A DNA stretch of 64,000 nucleotides from Monodelphis domestica. Its lineage: Eukaryota. Positions 35,241-47,264 of this stretch are shown here, piece by piece (the first letter of the stretch is position 1; each line of letters opens with the position of its first letter). The notes under the pieces were generated by a model. That model saw nothing but the letters and a program-made list of their open reading frames with translations. It ran no database searches and had not been told where the DNA came from. The DNA is taken from positions 289,142,949-289,206,948 of the forward strand of contig NC_077230.1 in NCBI RefSeq assembly GCF_027887165.1, in the 5' to 3' direction. The position numbers were made by a program, and so were the translations under genes.

Positions 35241-35919
35241 CATTTGATGTAATTTTAGAGTAAAGAATCTTTCTTCCTATCTCTTTTCCTTGGCTTTTTA
35301 GGGTAGTCTTTAGAAATACCGATGATTTTTGCCCTAAACAGATTGGATGTGTAATTATTTTCATTTTGTCATTTGGTCTCTACTAAAGTTCCTCAACAGA
35401 GCCACCACAAGGTTAATGGAAGACTTCCATAGCAACAGTGTGGGCTTTTGAGTATGAAAAGAGGCTTTAGAATTGTGAATAATGGGAATTAACTTTTAAG
35501 TTTTCTGGGTTGTGGAGTACATGGAGTATGTAATACTAGTTTATGGTGCTAATGACCTTCAGAAGTCATGAATTTACTTGATATTTAATTTTAAGTGATT
35601 TTAAAAGGGAAAATCAATTTTCTTAGGGAATAATTATTCTTAGAAGATTTTCCCCATGGGTCTAGAATTTTCATCAAATGATAGAATCAGTACTTGCTGT
35701 AATTTTAACAAGCACATTGGGAGGCCCACTTTAAATAAACAGACCTACCCTCATATCAGTATGACTAACCATTGTGATCAGAGGACCAGTATTTAGTAAG
35801 AATAAAAATGAACACATTCTATAATGCTTCTAGGAAGTCACTTGTACTAATAACATGCCCGGTTTTATTTTGCATAAGTTAGTAACATAGTCTTAAGATT
35901 TCTCTCATAATTTTTGCAG

Positions 35920-36057
35920 GAAGAATTCAGTAGACATCTTAAATATATATCGAATTGGCAGAATTAATGAAACTTTGGAATTTCAAAGCAAGCTTGGCAA
36001 TGTGCAGTCTTTATTACATGGAACACCTGGGAGAAATATTGTTGGAATTCTTTCCCG
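35920..36057 (+). CDS. PARP4: PARP4 catalytic-domain exon: (G)KNSVDILNIYRIGRINETLEFQSKLGNVQSLLHGTPGRNIVGILS(R)
   Basis: Matches human KSPVDVLQIFRVGRVNETTEFLSKLGNVRPLLHGSPVQNIVGILCRG, including the catalytic His in LLHG; acceptor ttttgcag|g, donor cccg|gtaata. Confidence 0.9.
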
Positions 36058-36273
36058 GTAATAATATTCTATCTTTATTTCATCAAAGCTCTTTCAGCTT
36101 GTTTTTAAAAAGTTTTCTACAGTTAAGAATTTTCTTTGTTTCTAAAAATTATTTTCAACTTAGCTCTATAATAATTATATAATTATACATATAGAAAAAT
36201 CTGATAGGAAAATTAGTCTTTTTTTTGTTGTTTCAGCCGAGGAAAAATTCAGTACCCTTGCTGCTCAAATAGA

Positions 36274-36460
36274 TTTTTTTTTTAAACCCTTACCTTCCAT
36301 CTTGGAGTCAATACTGTGTAGAGTGGAAGGGGCTAGACAATGGAGGTCAAGTGACTTGCCCAGGGTCACACAGCTGGGAAGTATCTGAGGCCAGATTTGA
36401 ACCTAGGACCTCCCGTCTCTAGGCCTGACTCTCAATCCACTGAGCCACTCAGCTGCCCCC
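36274..36460 (-). mobile_element. tRNA-derived SINE family A (antisense, full length) with a ~14 bp TSD caaatagatttttt
   Basis: caaatagatttttt at 36264-36277, and gtcaaatagattttttg again at 36461-36477 immediately after ...cactcagctgccccc. Confidence 0.85.
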
Positions 36461-37069
36461 GTCAAATAGATTTTTTGAAAAATTAAGTTGAATAAAAGTG
36501 AAATATAAGAATTCTTGGACATACCATTGATATTAAGATATGTATATGCGAATTATATATATATAATCATATATATGACTCAGGTGAGCATTTGAATCAT
36601 TGAAATACTTTAAAATAACAATCATATTCCAAATTATTTTAAACTGTAAGATTTTAATTAGAAAATAGAAATGTCTTTATTTTTCAACCAATTAAGCAAT
36701 TAGGAATTCTTATCTTTTTTTGCAATATGGATTTATATAGCCTTCTCATTTGTATCATATGAAGCTTGAAGGAATTTAGAAGCTGCGAATGATTATAAAT
36801 TTTCTCTGAGTCATAGAGAAAGTTCATAATAAATGAAAAGGATTTTTTTAATTGAAGAAGATTAGTAAGGAATTTATGGGAAAGGAAACAGAGATTGAGG
36901 GTAGAGAGAACAGCTAGGAGACCATTTCTATAGTCCAAACATGGAATTATTATATTGATTCTAATGTGATGAGCAGCTAGGGGTAAAACTTTTAAATTTA
37001 AATAGTACCCTAGTGCCTTTTTTCTCCTCTGTGATTAACTTGAAATGCATCTTAAGATTTATTTTTAAA

Positions 37070-37101
37070 AATGTGTGTGTGTGTGTATGTGTGTACATGT
37101 G
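37070..37101 (+). repeat. (GT)n microsatellite, imperfect
   Basis: gtgtgtgtgtgtgtatgtgtgtacatgtgtat. Confidence 0.85.
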
Positions 37102-37173
37102 TATACTATAATTGAGTCTGAGATGAAACATAGTTTCTCTCCTATATGACTATGACATTCTTTCTTTTTATAG

Positions 37174-37272
37174 GGGATTGCTTTTGCCCAAAAGACTGGT
37201 TGAAGATTATGGCATAGAAAGAACAGATTTTGGAAATCTTGGTAGTGGAATATACTTCAGTGATTCTCTCAG
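37174..37272 (+). CDS. PARP4: PARP4 catalytic-domain exon: (R)GLLLPKRLVEDYGIERTDFGNLGSGIYFSDSL
   Basis: Matches human RGLLLPKVVEDRGVQRTDVGNLGSGIYFSDSL, including the catalytic Tyr in GIYFSD; acceptor ttttatag|g, donor ctcag|gttaat. Confidence 0.9.
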
Positions 37273-38179
37273 GTTAATACTATATTACAAACTATGTTTC
37301 TTTGTCTTTCTCGTTAGCAGTGAATAATTGAGTACCTGCTAGATACTTTACGTTTTTCCTTTTGTTTATAAAATTTCCCTTCAAAGTAACTGATGTACTG
37401 AATGTGACTGATATTTTTTTAGCACAGTATAGTTAAGTCTTTGGGGGTTCGTGAGTGTTGAGAGGCTTTTAGGGAAAATGCTAGGTCCCCCTTCCTTGTT
37501 CTGGGTGGAAGAGCCCAGACTCCCATAATTTTTACTCTACCATGAAATACAGAATCTTTTACATGCTCAGTTTTTCTAGCTTTGGGCTAGTTCTTCCCTC
37601 CTTAGGCAGTCTGGTGGCCCCTACTCTGGGGACTTACTGTTCTGGTGCTAGCTTTAGTACAGACACCCTTTCGCTTGAGCCCATTGCATTTCAGAACTCT
37701 TAAACTCAATCAGTCTTCAGCCTTCCCAGCAACAAGGATTACAAGTTTATGCCAATATACCTTACTTATGTCTTTTGTTTACATAGATTTAGATGGGGAT
37801 GGCTTTTCAATAATATTAACTTAATATTAAGTTATTCATACATCATATGTGTAATGAATATGCAATCAGACTATAAGGAAAAGCTATTTCTTCCTTTATG
37901 CTCCTATTTGGATTTGCCTCTATGTAAAATACTTGATTGGCAATTGGGGTGAATGGTAGTATTGTCCAATTTAGTCAGCTCTCCAAAGTGAATTTTTCCT
38001 CACAATGATAATTAAACCAGTTTTCTCTAGATAAACTACCAATGAAACCATAACTCATTTGACTCTTTAAGAAAAACTAACAAAATTAGAAATTTTAATT
38101 AATTTAATTAATATTTAAAAATTTATTTACTTGTTTGTTACATTAAAATTCCCAGGTATCGCCTTCTCTCCCTCTCCTT

Positions 38180-39560
38180 TCTACACTAGAGAAAGCATCA
38201 TTTGACAAAAAGATACATGTGTTTATAAAACTATTTCTTGCTTATTTCTGTTTATCAGTTCTTTCTCTGGAAAACACAAATCATTCTTCAAGCAGTATTT
38301 CTGTTGCTGTACATAATGTTCTCTTGGTTCTGCTCATTTCACTCATAATGATTTCATATATGTCTTTCCAGATTATATGCAAATTTGTTTAGCCATTCCC
38401 CAGTTGATGGGTTCCTTTAATTTCCAATTCTTTGTCACCACAAAGAGAGTTGCTATAAATATTTTAGAACATAGAAGTTCTTTTCTTTTTTTCCCCTGAT
38501 CAGTTTAGGAAATAAATCTAATAGTGATTTTAGTGGGTCTCAAAGTATACATAGTTTTATAATTCTTTGGGCATAATTCCAGATTGTTCTCCAAAATGGT
38601 TGAATCAGTTCACAGTTCCACTAACAGTGTATTAGTGTCCCCATTTTCCCACATCTCTACCAGCATTTGTCATTTTACTCTTTTAGCATTTTAAGCAATC
38701 TGATAGCTGTGAGATATCTCAGACTTATTTTTATTTCCACTTCTCTAATCCGGAATGATTTAGAGGGGGCAACTGAGTGGCTCAGTGGACTGAGAGCCAG
38801 GCCTAGAGATGGGTGGTCCTAGATTCAAATCTGGCCTCAGACACTTCCCAGCTGTGTGACCCTGGGAAAGTCCCTTACTGCTCTTCTGCCTTGGAACCAA
38901 TACACAGTATTGATTCTAAGACAGAAGGTAAGGGTTTAAAAAAATTATATAGCACTTTTATATAGTTATAGATTGCTTTGATTTTTTCATCTTAAAACTG
39001 TCTATTCATATCTTTTGATCATTTTTCTCTTGGGGAATGGCTTATATTTTTATATATTTGACAAATGTTTTAGATATGAGACCTCTGTCTGAGAAACTGT
39101 CTATAAATTTTTCCCTCAATTTTCTGCTTTCCTTCTCATCATGACTACATTAATTTTATTTGTACAAAACTTTTTTAGTTTAATATAATCAAAATTATTC
39201 ATTTTACATCTTACAATGCTTTATTATCTTGTTCTTTATGAATTCTTTTCCTCTGTCTATAAATCTGATGATTAATACATTTTTCTAATTTGCTTATGAT
39301 CTCCCTTTATGACTACCTCATGTATTCATTTTTATTTTATCATAGTAAAGTGTTATAAGATATTGACCTATACCTGGTTTATGTCAGGCTATTTTCTAGT
39401 TTTTCCAACAGTTCTTACCAAATAATGAGTTCTTATCCCAAACTCTTGGATTTAGTCAAACACAAAGTTTGAATAATTTTGTTTGTTGTGTGTCTGTTTT
39501 ATTCCACTGATCTACTTTTCTACTTCTTAGACTATTAGTTTTGATAATTATTAATAATAA
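38180..39560 (-). mobile_element. L1 ORF2-3' fragment (antisense, ~1.2 kb), interrupted by the SINE at 38765-38945; antisense L1-like sequence may continue to ~39900
   Basis: ...gctgtacataatgttctcttggttctgctcatttcactcat...tttgtttagccattccccagttgatgggttcc...gtcaccacaaagagagttgctataaatatt... and ...cttttgatcatttttctcttggggaatggcttat...gtacaaaacttttttagtttaatataatcaaaattattcattttacat... are collinear with 61560-62300. Confidence 0.7.
38765..38945 (+). mobile_element. tRNA-derived SINE family A (sense) nested inside the antisense L1
   Basis: ggggcaactgagtggctcagtggactgagagccaggcctagagatgggtggtcctagattcaaatctggcctcagacacttcccagctgtgtgaccctgggaaagtc...caatacacagtattgattctaagacagaaggtaagggtttaaaaaaa. 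Confidence 0.85.
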
Positions 39561-39927
39561 TAATAATTCAAAGTAAACACTGATTGTGAAATATTAATGT
39601 ATTGGGTTCAATTGTAGCAGAGACCTTTGTTGTTTCATTTATGCCATTTAAAAAGGTAGTCTAATCTGATGCTTCTGGATTTTTTACTACCAACATAGCT
39701 TCTTGAAAAGTTCTATATGCTTTGAGCTCAAATCCTATCCCTTAATTTTGCTAAAAAGAATAAACATACCTCCAAAAAAGAAAGTAATTTGCTCAGATTT
39801 CATAAATTCTTAATATTTTTTACTAACACGACCAAGTATAATGATAGGATGTTTATGTTTTTATATTGTCCCTTAATAACCAAAGTATACAAGTACACTA
39901 TAATGGAATATATTCTTTCATATATAG

Positions 39928-40111
39928 TACAAGCATTAAGTACACACAACCAACTCAAACAGATGGCACTAGATTCCTGGTTGTTTGTGATGTTGCCCTT
40001 GGATCCTGCATGAATATGCACAAGAAGGATTTCTCATTAACTGAGCCACCACCAGGTTACGACAGTGTGCATGGAATTCAGAAAACAGAACATGTCATCT
40101 CAGACTTTGAG
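39928..40111 (+). CDS. PARP4: PARP4 catalytic-domain exon: (S)TSIKYTQPTQTDGTRFLVVCDVALGSCMNMHKKDFSLTEPPPGYDSVHGIQKTEHVISDFE
   Basis: Matches human STSIKYSHPGETDGTRLLLICDVALGKCMDLHEKDFSLTEAPPGYDSVHGVSQTASVTTDFE; acceptor atatag|t, donor gag|gtattt. Confidence 0.92.
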
Positions 40112-41448
40112 GTATTTATATACTGATGCAATCAGGGCGTCTATCGAATAATAGAAGAAGGGTCTTTAGTTATCGATCCCCTTGAATTAAATATATTGAT
40201 GTTTAAATTAACACAGTGCAACAAACTTATATTAAGTGTTCATGACAAACAGAACACTATGCTAGTCCTTGGGGCAGATGAAAAATTTAGATCATACATG
40301 GCTCTGCCCTAAAGGAGCTAGTTGAACTAGTAGAAAATGGATTCAGAATTATGAGGTAAGTCAGAATTAATATAGTACAACAGGCCTCTTGCCCCCATTT
40401 TCTAATTGAGAAAACTAAGTCTCAGAGAAGGTAAGGGATTTGCTCAATATCCCTGCCAATATGTGAGAGAGTGGGGATTTGAACCTGTATTCTTCACTCC
40501 ACATTCAGAACTCTTTCCTTTGCACTCTGATATCTTCCAAGTTGACAAGACATGGTTACATATGGCTATAATATATAATATTTTGTGGTAGATGCCTTAA
40601 AAGCACACAGAAGTGTGGTGTGTCAGACATGAAGGAGAAGGACATTATTGATTGAGGGAATCAGAGAAGACTAAAAAGTTGGGCTTTAAAGGATAGATAG
40701 AAATTCAACAAGTAAAGTGGGGAAAGAAGATTTCCAGGAAAAAGGAATTCTGGTAGCAATGCCATGGAGACACATTGTGTATCTAGTGGACAGGAAGTTA
40801 TTATTTGGCTGAAATACAAAGTATAGTGTAGAGAGATGGGGACAGGGAAGGGATCTATGATGTCAATGATGTTAAATTCCCAAGTGAGGAAATTCCCTGT
40901 GCCAGCATAGGTCAATACCTTCTCTGTAAATTCTCTTTTTTTCCCTATGTTTTAGTGATAATTTTTTTTACATCATCATAATTTCTCTCAGTATTCCTGT
41001 CTCTCTCCTTCCCAGGAAGCCTTCCCATATAAAAGTAATATTTTTGAAAGAAAAAATAATTAAAAAGTAAAAGAGAGGAAAAACTTAAATTCTTAGAGAA
41101 TTATCTAGGTGTCCAGAGAAGTTAAGCCAGGATACATGTAAGAGGCAGGATTAGATCCCGGATCTTTCTGACTTCAGGGTCCCACTCTCTGTCCACTACT
41201 CCATGCTGCCTGGAAGGGAGTGTAATACAAAATTGGAAAGACAGGGTTTCATAAAATGGATTTCTTATGTGACCTTAACTTTCTGTATCCTCAGATTATT
41301 TCTGTCAATTATAGTCATGAAATCCACATCATCATAGGTTGACTATATTAACATCAAATTTTAAAGCTGCTTATATTTTTATGGAAACATCTGCTGCTGT
41401 AATTTTTTTCCCACCAATTTATTAAGGATTCTATTTTATTTGTCCTAG

Positions 41449-41608
41449 GATGATGAATTTGTTGTATACAAAACCAGTCAGATTAAAATGAAATACCTTG
41501 TTAAATTTTGCATTTCTGGGGACCGAGTAAAGGACTTTTCTCCTTGTGCTGTTACTGAGTGGGAGGAAAACAGACCTGAGCTTTTAAATGATCATACACA
41601 ACTTGAAG
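41449..41608 (+). CDS. PARP4: PARP4 exon: DDEFVVYKTSQIKMKYLVKFCISGDRVKDFSPCAVTEWEENRPELLNDHTQLE
   Basis: Matches human DDEFVVYKTNQVKMKYIIKFSMPGDQIKDFHPSDHTELEEYRPEFSNFSKVE, including the catalytic Glu in DDEFVVY; acceptor gtcctag|gat, donor gaag|gtaaga; ends phase 1. Confidence 0.9.
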
Positions 41609-42496
41609 GTAAGAGTCTCTTCTTTAGTTTAATGAATTCATTCTTTTTATTCAACACATTTACCAAGTGCTTATGTTTGATAATATATATATATAGAACA
41701 AAATCTTACTCCAAAGTCTCCTCATTGGGTGGAGGTAACCAAGATGTAGGCCAATGAAGTGCAAGCTTCTGCAATTCTACCATGCTGGAAAAACTTTGAG
41801 TATGGTCTTAGTGAAAGACTGTCAGCTTTAGGTCCAGGCTAGCTATATGTGGAGATGTTGAACACTACTAAATTGACCATTTTGGTGCTGAATTTCTTGG
41901 GCCATGGCAACCCACAAAACAAAGAAAAATATTAAATGGCCTCCAGCTTTATTTGACCTTTTTCCCCTTCTGCAGAGAGACCAGTGGGTACTGAAAAAAT
42001 GGGGGGAAGAAATGCTAAGAATCAGAGTTTTTTAGACTTTAAATCATAATTGTCAGTACTGTCCAAGAGAGATCTTAGTCTGAAGTCAAAAAGTTAGTAC
42101 TTCTGGAGGAAATGAATCATATCAATCTGAAGACAGAAAAAAGTTGTAGTTATATTGAAGGAATAGAGATAATGGCTTCTTTCTTCTTGGGGAGGCAAAT
42201 AAAGGAATTGACAAAGGTTGCTTTATTATGTGTCCAAAAGAAAAAATATACATCATTTCATTAAGTATTTTCTCATCATATATATCACAGTACTCATAAG
42301 TATTTATAAAAAGACTAACATGAAAATAATTTCATTTATGTACTGATATTTGTAACATCTGTTGCAAAGGATGAAGAGGTAGAGATATTCTATGAAGATC
42401 CTTCTAAGGCTTTCCAAGTTAAATCAACATATATACTTTGATACTGTATTAGGGAATTACTTTGAGGGAGATGGTGATTGAAAGATCAGATTTGCC

Positions 42497-42570
42497 AACC
42501 TCCTCCCTTCCTTCCCTCCTTCCTCTTCTTCCCTCCTCTGTTTCTTTCCTCCCTCCTCCCTTCCCCCATC
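42497..42570 (+). repeat. Polypyrimidine (CCTY)n low-complexity tract
   Basis: cctcctcccttccttccctccttcctcttcttccctcctctgtttctttcctccctcctcccttccccc. Confidence 0.8.
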
Positions 42571-43074
42571 AATTAGTTCTACAGTTGGTATCACTGAAAA
42601 TCGGCTCTGAGTGAGTATCTTGATATATCAGGCAGATAACTCTCTCTTTGATAACTTTAAGCAAAAGGGTTTTATTTAGAAGGGGAAAGGTAAAGAAGTT
42701 GAGGGGAGAGAGGGTTTGGGTTTCCCTAATCCTAAAATTACTCTTAAGTTGAAGGATAGTGAAATAGTCTAGATTTGGGAAAATGGCTAACAGTTTTGAA
42801 GATTTAGTCACTTGAGTCCTGTAGAGAGAAACCAGAGGGAGCAGGATCTTTCATCCTTACTCCTTTCTGTCCCAAGGGCAAAGAGACCAAGGTCCTCAGC
42901 TTGGCTGTTCCTTCTTCAACAGTCCTTCCTGGTCACCATTCCATTTAGAATGCTTTCCTTGGTTGACTGTTCTGCAGGTCTTGCTTCTCCAGCTCTGCTG
43001 CAAGTTTTTCCCATTCTCGCATCCACAATACTCAGATATTTCAACAAAGCTGGCAGTTGGAAGGTACCTTATTG

Positions 43075-43530
43075 TTGTTTAGTCATTTAGTTGTGTCCAA
43101 CTCTGTGACTCCATGGGTTCTGCCCATAGGCTTTTCTTGGTAAAGATACTGGACTGATGTTGGAGTAGAAACGCAGAAGAAAAACATATGATTTATCACT
43201 TGTATATATCGGTATATGATTTGGGGTTTTGATTTTAAAATACTCTGTTACAAAAATGAATAATACAGAAATAGGTTGTAAGTGATAATACATGTATAAA
43301 CCAGTGGAATTTCTTGTCATCTCTAGGAGAGAGAAAATGAGAGGGGAGGGAGAACATGAATCATATAACCTTAGAAAAATATTTTAGAAATAAATAAATT
43401 TTTAAAAAATAATTTTAAAAAAGATACTAGACTGATTTGCCATTTCCTTTTCCAGTGTGTTTTATAGAAGAGAAACTGATGTAAATAAAGGTTAAATGAC
43501 TTTCCCAGGGTCATACAATCCCCTTTGGTG
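43075..43530 (-). mobile_element. Family-B SINE (antisense), split by a ~260 bp A-tailed insert (probable L1 3' fragment, 43161-43421) flanked by a 15 bp TSD aaagatactRgactg
   Basis: ...ggtaaagatactggactg|atgttggag...aattttaaaaaag|atactagactgatttgccatttccttttccag; the duplicated aaagatact(g/a)gactg brackets the insert. Confidence 0.65.
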
Positions 43531-44003
43531 AATAAGATTTTTTCTTACAATCTGAGATTCACCCTTCCTCCAAGGGACAAGTTTTATAGAGCTATATAGA
43601 TGATACAGAGTAAAATTCAAAAACTTATTGGTTGAAAGGGCTTGAGACAAGGCTGGGATAGCCAGTCATTTGGGTGAATAGGCAAGGAATAGATCATCTA
43701 AAGAGGTCATAGGAAAGGTGATTCCCTCTGTTGCACAACAGAGGAAGATGACAAAGGCCAGAAGCTTCATTTATTTGTGTGTGTATTTTCAGTAATATTT
43801 TAGTATTTAACCCTTTTTTGGTAAATTCATATGGGTCATTCAGTCATTCTATTGTCAGAATACCAACTACATGCCCAACATTAGGTAGGCTAAGCACTGA
43901 GGATGCAAAGACAAAAGGCAGTCCTTTTTCTCAAGATGCTCACAATTAAATGAGGGAAATAACATGAAAACCATGTGTGAAGGATATATGCGTAGGTACA
44001 TAC

Positions 44004-44005
<2 letters not shown>

Positions 44006-44048
<43 letters not shown>
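44006..44048 (+). repeat. (TG)21 microsatellite
   Basis: Perfect tg dinucleotide run. Confidence 0.95.
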
Positions 44049-44049
<1 letters not shown>

Positions 44050-44257
44050 TTGGAGATAATCATAGAGGAAAGTCTAGTATGAAGGGGGATCACAGCTAAC
44101 ATTTTAGCTGGGACATGAGGAAGCCAGGGAAGTTAGAAATTAGAACTGAAGAGATTCCAGTTGTGGGAAATAGCCAGAGAAAATATTTAGTCAGGAGATG
44201 GAGTATCTTGTGCTATTTTTATGTTTGCCATAAAATATAAGTTTATATATGTTGAGG

Positions 44258-44365
44258 CAGCTAGAGGGCTCAGTGGGTAGAACACTGGGCCTAGAGACAG
44301 AGACCTGAATTCAAATCTGTCTTCAGTCATATACTAGCCAGAGTAAGTAAGTCACTAAACTTCTA
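44258..44365 (+). mobile_element. Family-B SINE head fragment
   Basis: ggcagctagagggctcagtgggtagaacactgggcctagagacagagacctgaattcaaatctgtcttcagtcatatactagcc. Confidence 0.6.
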
Positions 44366-44369
44366 TATG

Positions 44370-44815
44370 CTTAGGAGGCAGCTAGGTTACTCAGAAGATG
44401 GAGTATTGGGGGCAGCTGGGTAGCTCAGTGGATTGAGAACCAGGCCTAGAGACTGGAGGGTCCTAGGTTCAAATCTGGCCTCAGCCACTTCCTAGCTGTG
44501 TGACCCTGGGCAAGTCACTTGACCCCCATTGCTTAGCCCTTACCACTCTTCCTTCTTGGAGCCAATACACAGTATTGACTCCAAGACGGAAGGTAAGGGT
44601 TTAAAAAAAAAAAAAAGAAGATGGAGTATTGGACTTGAAATCAAGAAAACCTAAATTCAAATCCAACCTCAGACATTTAGTAGCTATGTGATTCTGGGCA
44701 AGTCATTTAACCTGTCTTTGCCTTAATCTATTGAAGGAAGAAATGGCAAACCACTCTAATATCTTTGCTATGGAGACACAGAGTTGAACACAACTAAAAG
44801 ACTGAACAACAAATA
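44370..44815 (+). mobile_element. Family-B SINE, split by the nested family-A SINE at 44409-44617
   Basis: ggaggcagctaggttactcagaagatggagtattgg | ... | acttgaaatcaagaaaacctaaattcaaatccaacctcagacatttagtagctatgtgattctgggcaagtcatttaacc...ggaagaaatggcaaaccactctaatatctttgctatggagacacagagttgaacacaactaaaagactgaacaacaaataag. Confidence 0.75.
44409..44617 (+). mobile_element. tRNA-derived SINE family A, full length with A15 tail and a 17 bp TSD agaagatggagtattgg; nested in the family-B SINE
   Basis: gggggcagctgggtagctcagtggattgagaaccaggcctagagactggagggtcctaggttcaaatctggcctcagcc...caatacacagtattgactccaagacggaaggtaagggtttaaaaaaaaaaaaaa; the TSD is present at 44392-44408 and 44618-44634. Confidence 0.9.
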
Positions 44816-44917
44816 AGTTTATAAGATTAAAGATAAATATCAAAGGGCTAGGTAAAAAAGGTTTTTGCTAAGCAAAGATACTTTTTAAGAACTAACAATT
44901 AAATTATTACTGTTTAG

Positions 44918-45042
44918 ATTATACGTTACCAGATACTGACCCTTTCATCAACATAAAAGCTGGCCTTCAGGATGTCTCTGGGATTCCAATCCCTCTTGAA
45001 GAGATTCATATCAAGGGAAGGATAATGGACTTTGTAGCACAG
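44918..45042 (+). CDS. PARP4: PARP4 exon: (D)YTLPDTDPFINIKAGLQDVSGIPIPLEEIHIKGRIMDFVAQ
   Basis: Matches human DYQLPDAKTSSSTKAGLQDASGNLVPLEDVHIKGRIIDTVAQ; acceptor tgtttag|at, donor cag|gtatgg. Confidence 0.9.
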
Positions 45043-45619
45043 GTATGGTTTATATTGTTGTACTGTATTTAATAAATAACTGCCCTCAAATAATCTAACA
45101 TTAGAGATCCTTCGAATTTATTCCATTTTTGTGATCTCTTTGAAATACATACTTTTCTAAAAGTAAATTATTTTGTCTATAGTTACACACATTATTGGGT
45201 CCTGACACTAATTGCCTGAACTACAACTTTAAAAAATCTCTTAGGAAAATAATAGACTTAGGATCACATAATCATAGTCAGAGAATCTCAAGAGTTAGAA
45301 GATCCCTCAAATGCCATCTATGACTGACCATGAAACCCCCCTATTCTATCAATAACAAGTGATTATCCAACTTTTACTTGAAGACTTTCAGTTAGAGGAA
45401 ACCCGTTACTTCCCAAGGCAGCCTATTTCATTATTAGACAGCTCTAATCTTAGGGCATTTTTCCTTAAATCAAACCTAAATCTGCCTCTGTGCAACTTCC
45501 ACCTCTTACCTCTGGTTTGATTCACTGGGACCAATGTAAGGAATTAAATTTAGGGATTTGACTAAATATATGAGAATTCTAAAATAATATTGTGGTCACC
45601 AATTTAAAATATTATAGCT

Positions 45620-46700
45620 CAAGTCAAAATGACTTTTAATAGATTTATTTACAAAGAAGTGGAAAGAGTGAAAGTAGAGAAATGTAAAAAGAGGGTAGAG
45701 AAGATGACTAGCCTATCACACTAAATATTGCTTGGGTGCTCAGCTCAGCCCAGCAAGGCTTGTTAACCCTTGACTGGAGGACCTAGTATTCCATCCACAT
45801 GGCCTTCTCCAAGAGGGGAAAGCCTCTCCAGAAGCCAGGAAAGGAAGGCCAGCTACTCACTCACACAAAAACGAAGGTCCTAAGTCAAAGCCAAGGTCCA
45901 AGTCCAAAGTCACCTCCAGGAGGCAGGGCACCAGCCAAAGCTCCAAGCTGAAGACTCAAGCCGAAGACCCCAAGCCAGAGAGGTTCAGGACCTTTTATAG
46001 TCCTTTTTTCCACATCACTTCCTTTCCCTTCCCCTCTTCACAGGGACCAATCACAGTTTCCAAATTCTCTAGTACTGCCCAGGGGGGGAAGTGTCTGTGG
46101 GATCCATCTCTCATCCTCTGAAGGTGTCAACTTTTATCAAAGGATTCACAAGTTTCTGATTAATTGGGTTAAAAGGGTGGAGCTCTCCAAGTAAGTGACT
46201 TGTGAATTACCTTATTTGATGGCTTACAAAGTGTTAAGTAGTAATTAAGTAGGGGTCTCTTGATTGATTAACTCAAAATAGACAAGGAGAATAAAGAATT
46301 CCCTTTTCACACCAAGCAGCACAAGTCTAAACCTCTTCTACCTAAAAGTCCTTCAGATAACTAAAAAATATTTATTAATTCCCCAATTAGGGGAATTAAT
46401 TCCCCATTAGGACCTTCTCTTTTCTAATCTAAACTTCTATAATCCTTCAACTGATTCTTCTATGGTGTGGTCTCTCCAATCCTATCACAAACTCTGTTTG
46501 CTCTCTGCTGGACATATTCTAGTTTGTCTAAGTCATTCTAAATATGAATTTACAGATGTGACAAAAATGCCTTCTATGGATTCATCCAAGTCATTGACAG
46601 AAATATCAAGCCTTACAAGATCAAGTGCAGATCATTGGATTATCCTAGGGATCTTCCTCCAGACTGGCTTCACCTTGTTTATGATTAGGCTTTTAGTTCA
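45620..46700 (+). repeat. Unclassified low-complexity / possible LTR-like repeat block in the intron
   Basis: (caagNcaaag)-type degenerate repeats at 45890-45970, CCAAT-like and TATA-like strings, and a 16-bp perfect palindrome ggggaattaattcccc at 46390-46405; there is no second copy in the window to confirm. Confidence 0.3.
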
Positions 46701-47264
46701 ATAACTGAGCCATTTCTGAGTCTAATAGTACTGTCATCCAACCTTCATCTTTCCATATTATCCAGAAGTCTAGTAGTGGGAGATACTTTTTGAATACTCT
46801 ACTGAAAATATATTATATCAACTTCAATTATTTTAACTTTTTAATATATATTCAAAATGTATGAGTTTGGGGAGGGGAATGGAGTGGTTTATTTTGAACA
46901 GTCACTGAGAACTCAAGAAAGAGCCAATTAATGGTTCATGACACTCACACAATTTAATATCAGGTTGATGACCATTTGTCATCAGAGAGGTAGTGACCTG
47001 CATTGCATATTTTGTTATAAGTTGATAAGACTTCTGCTATAGAGAAATTTGCCCCTAAATTATTGACACTTCAATATTTCAGGTAACTGTGTGTTTTTGT
47101 TATAGGTACTCCCACTATACTATAGAGATTGTAGCCCTTTTATAACTTAATAAGCAATCTTTTGTGAGTTGTCATGCTGAAAAACTCATCACCCAGCAAC
47201 CAGCCTAGTAATGAGTCTGTCTCCACTAAACTAGGCTTTCCCTCAGATGTCAAACATCTAGTCC

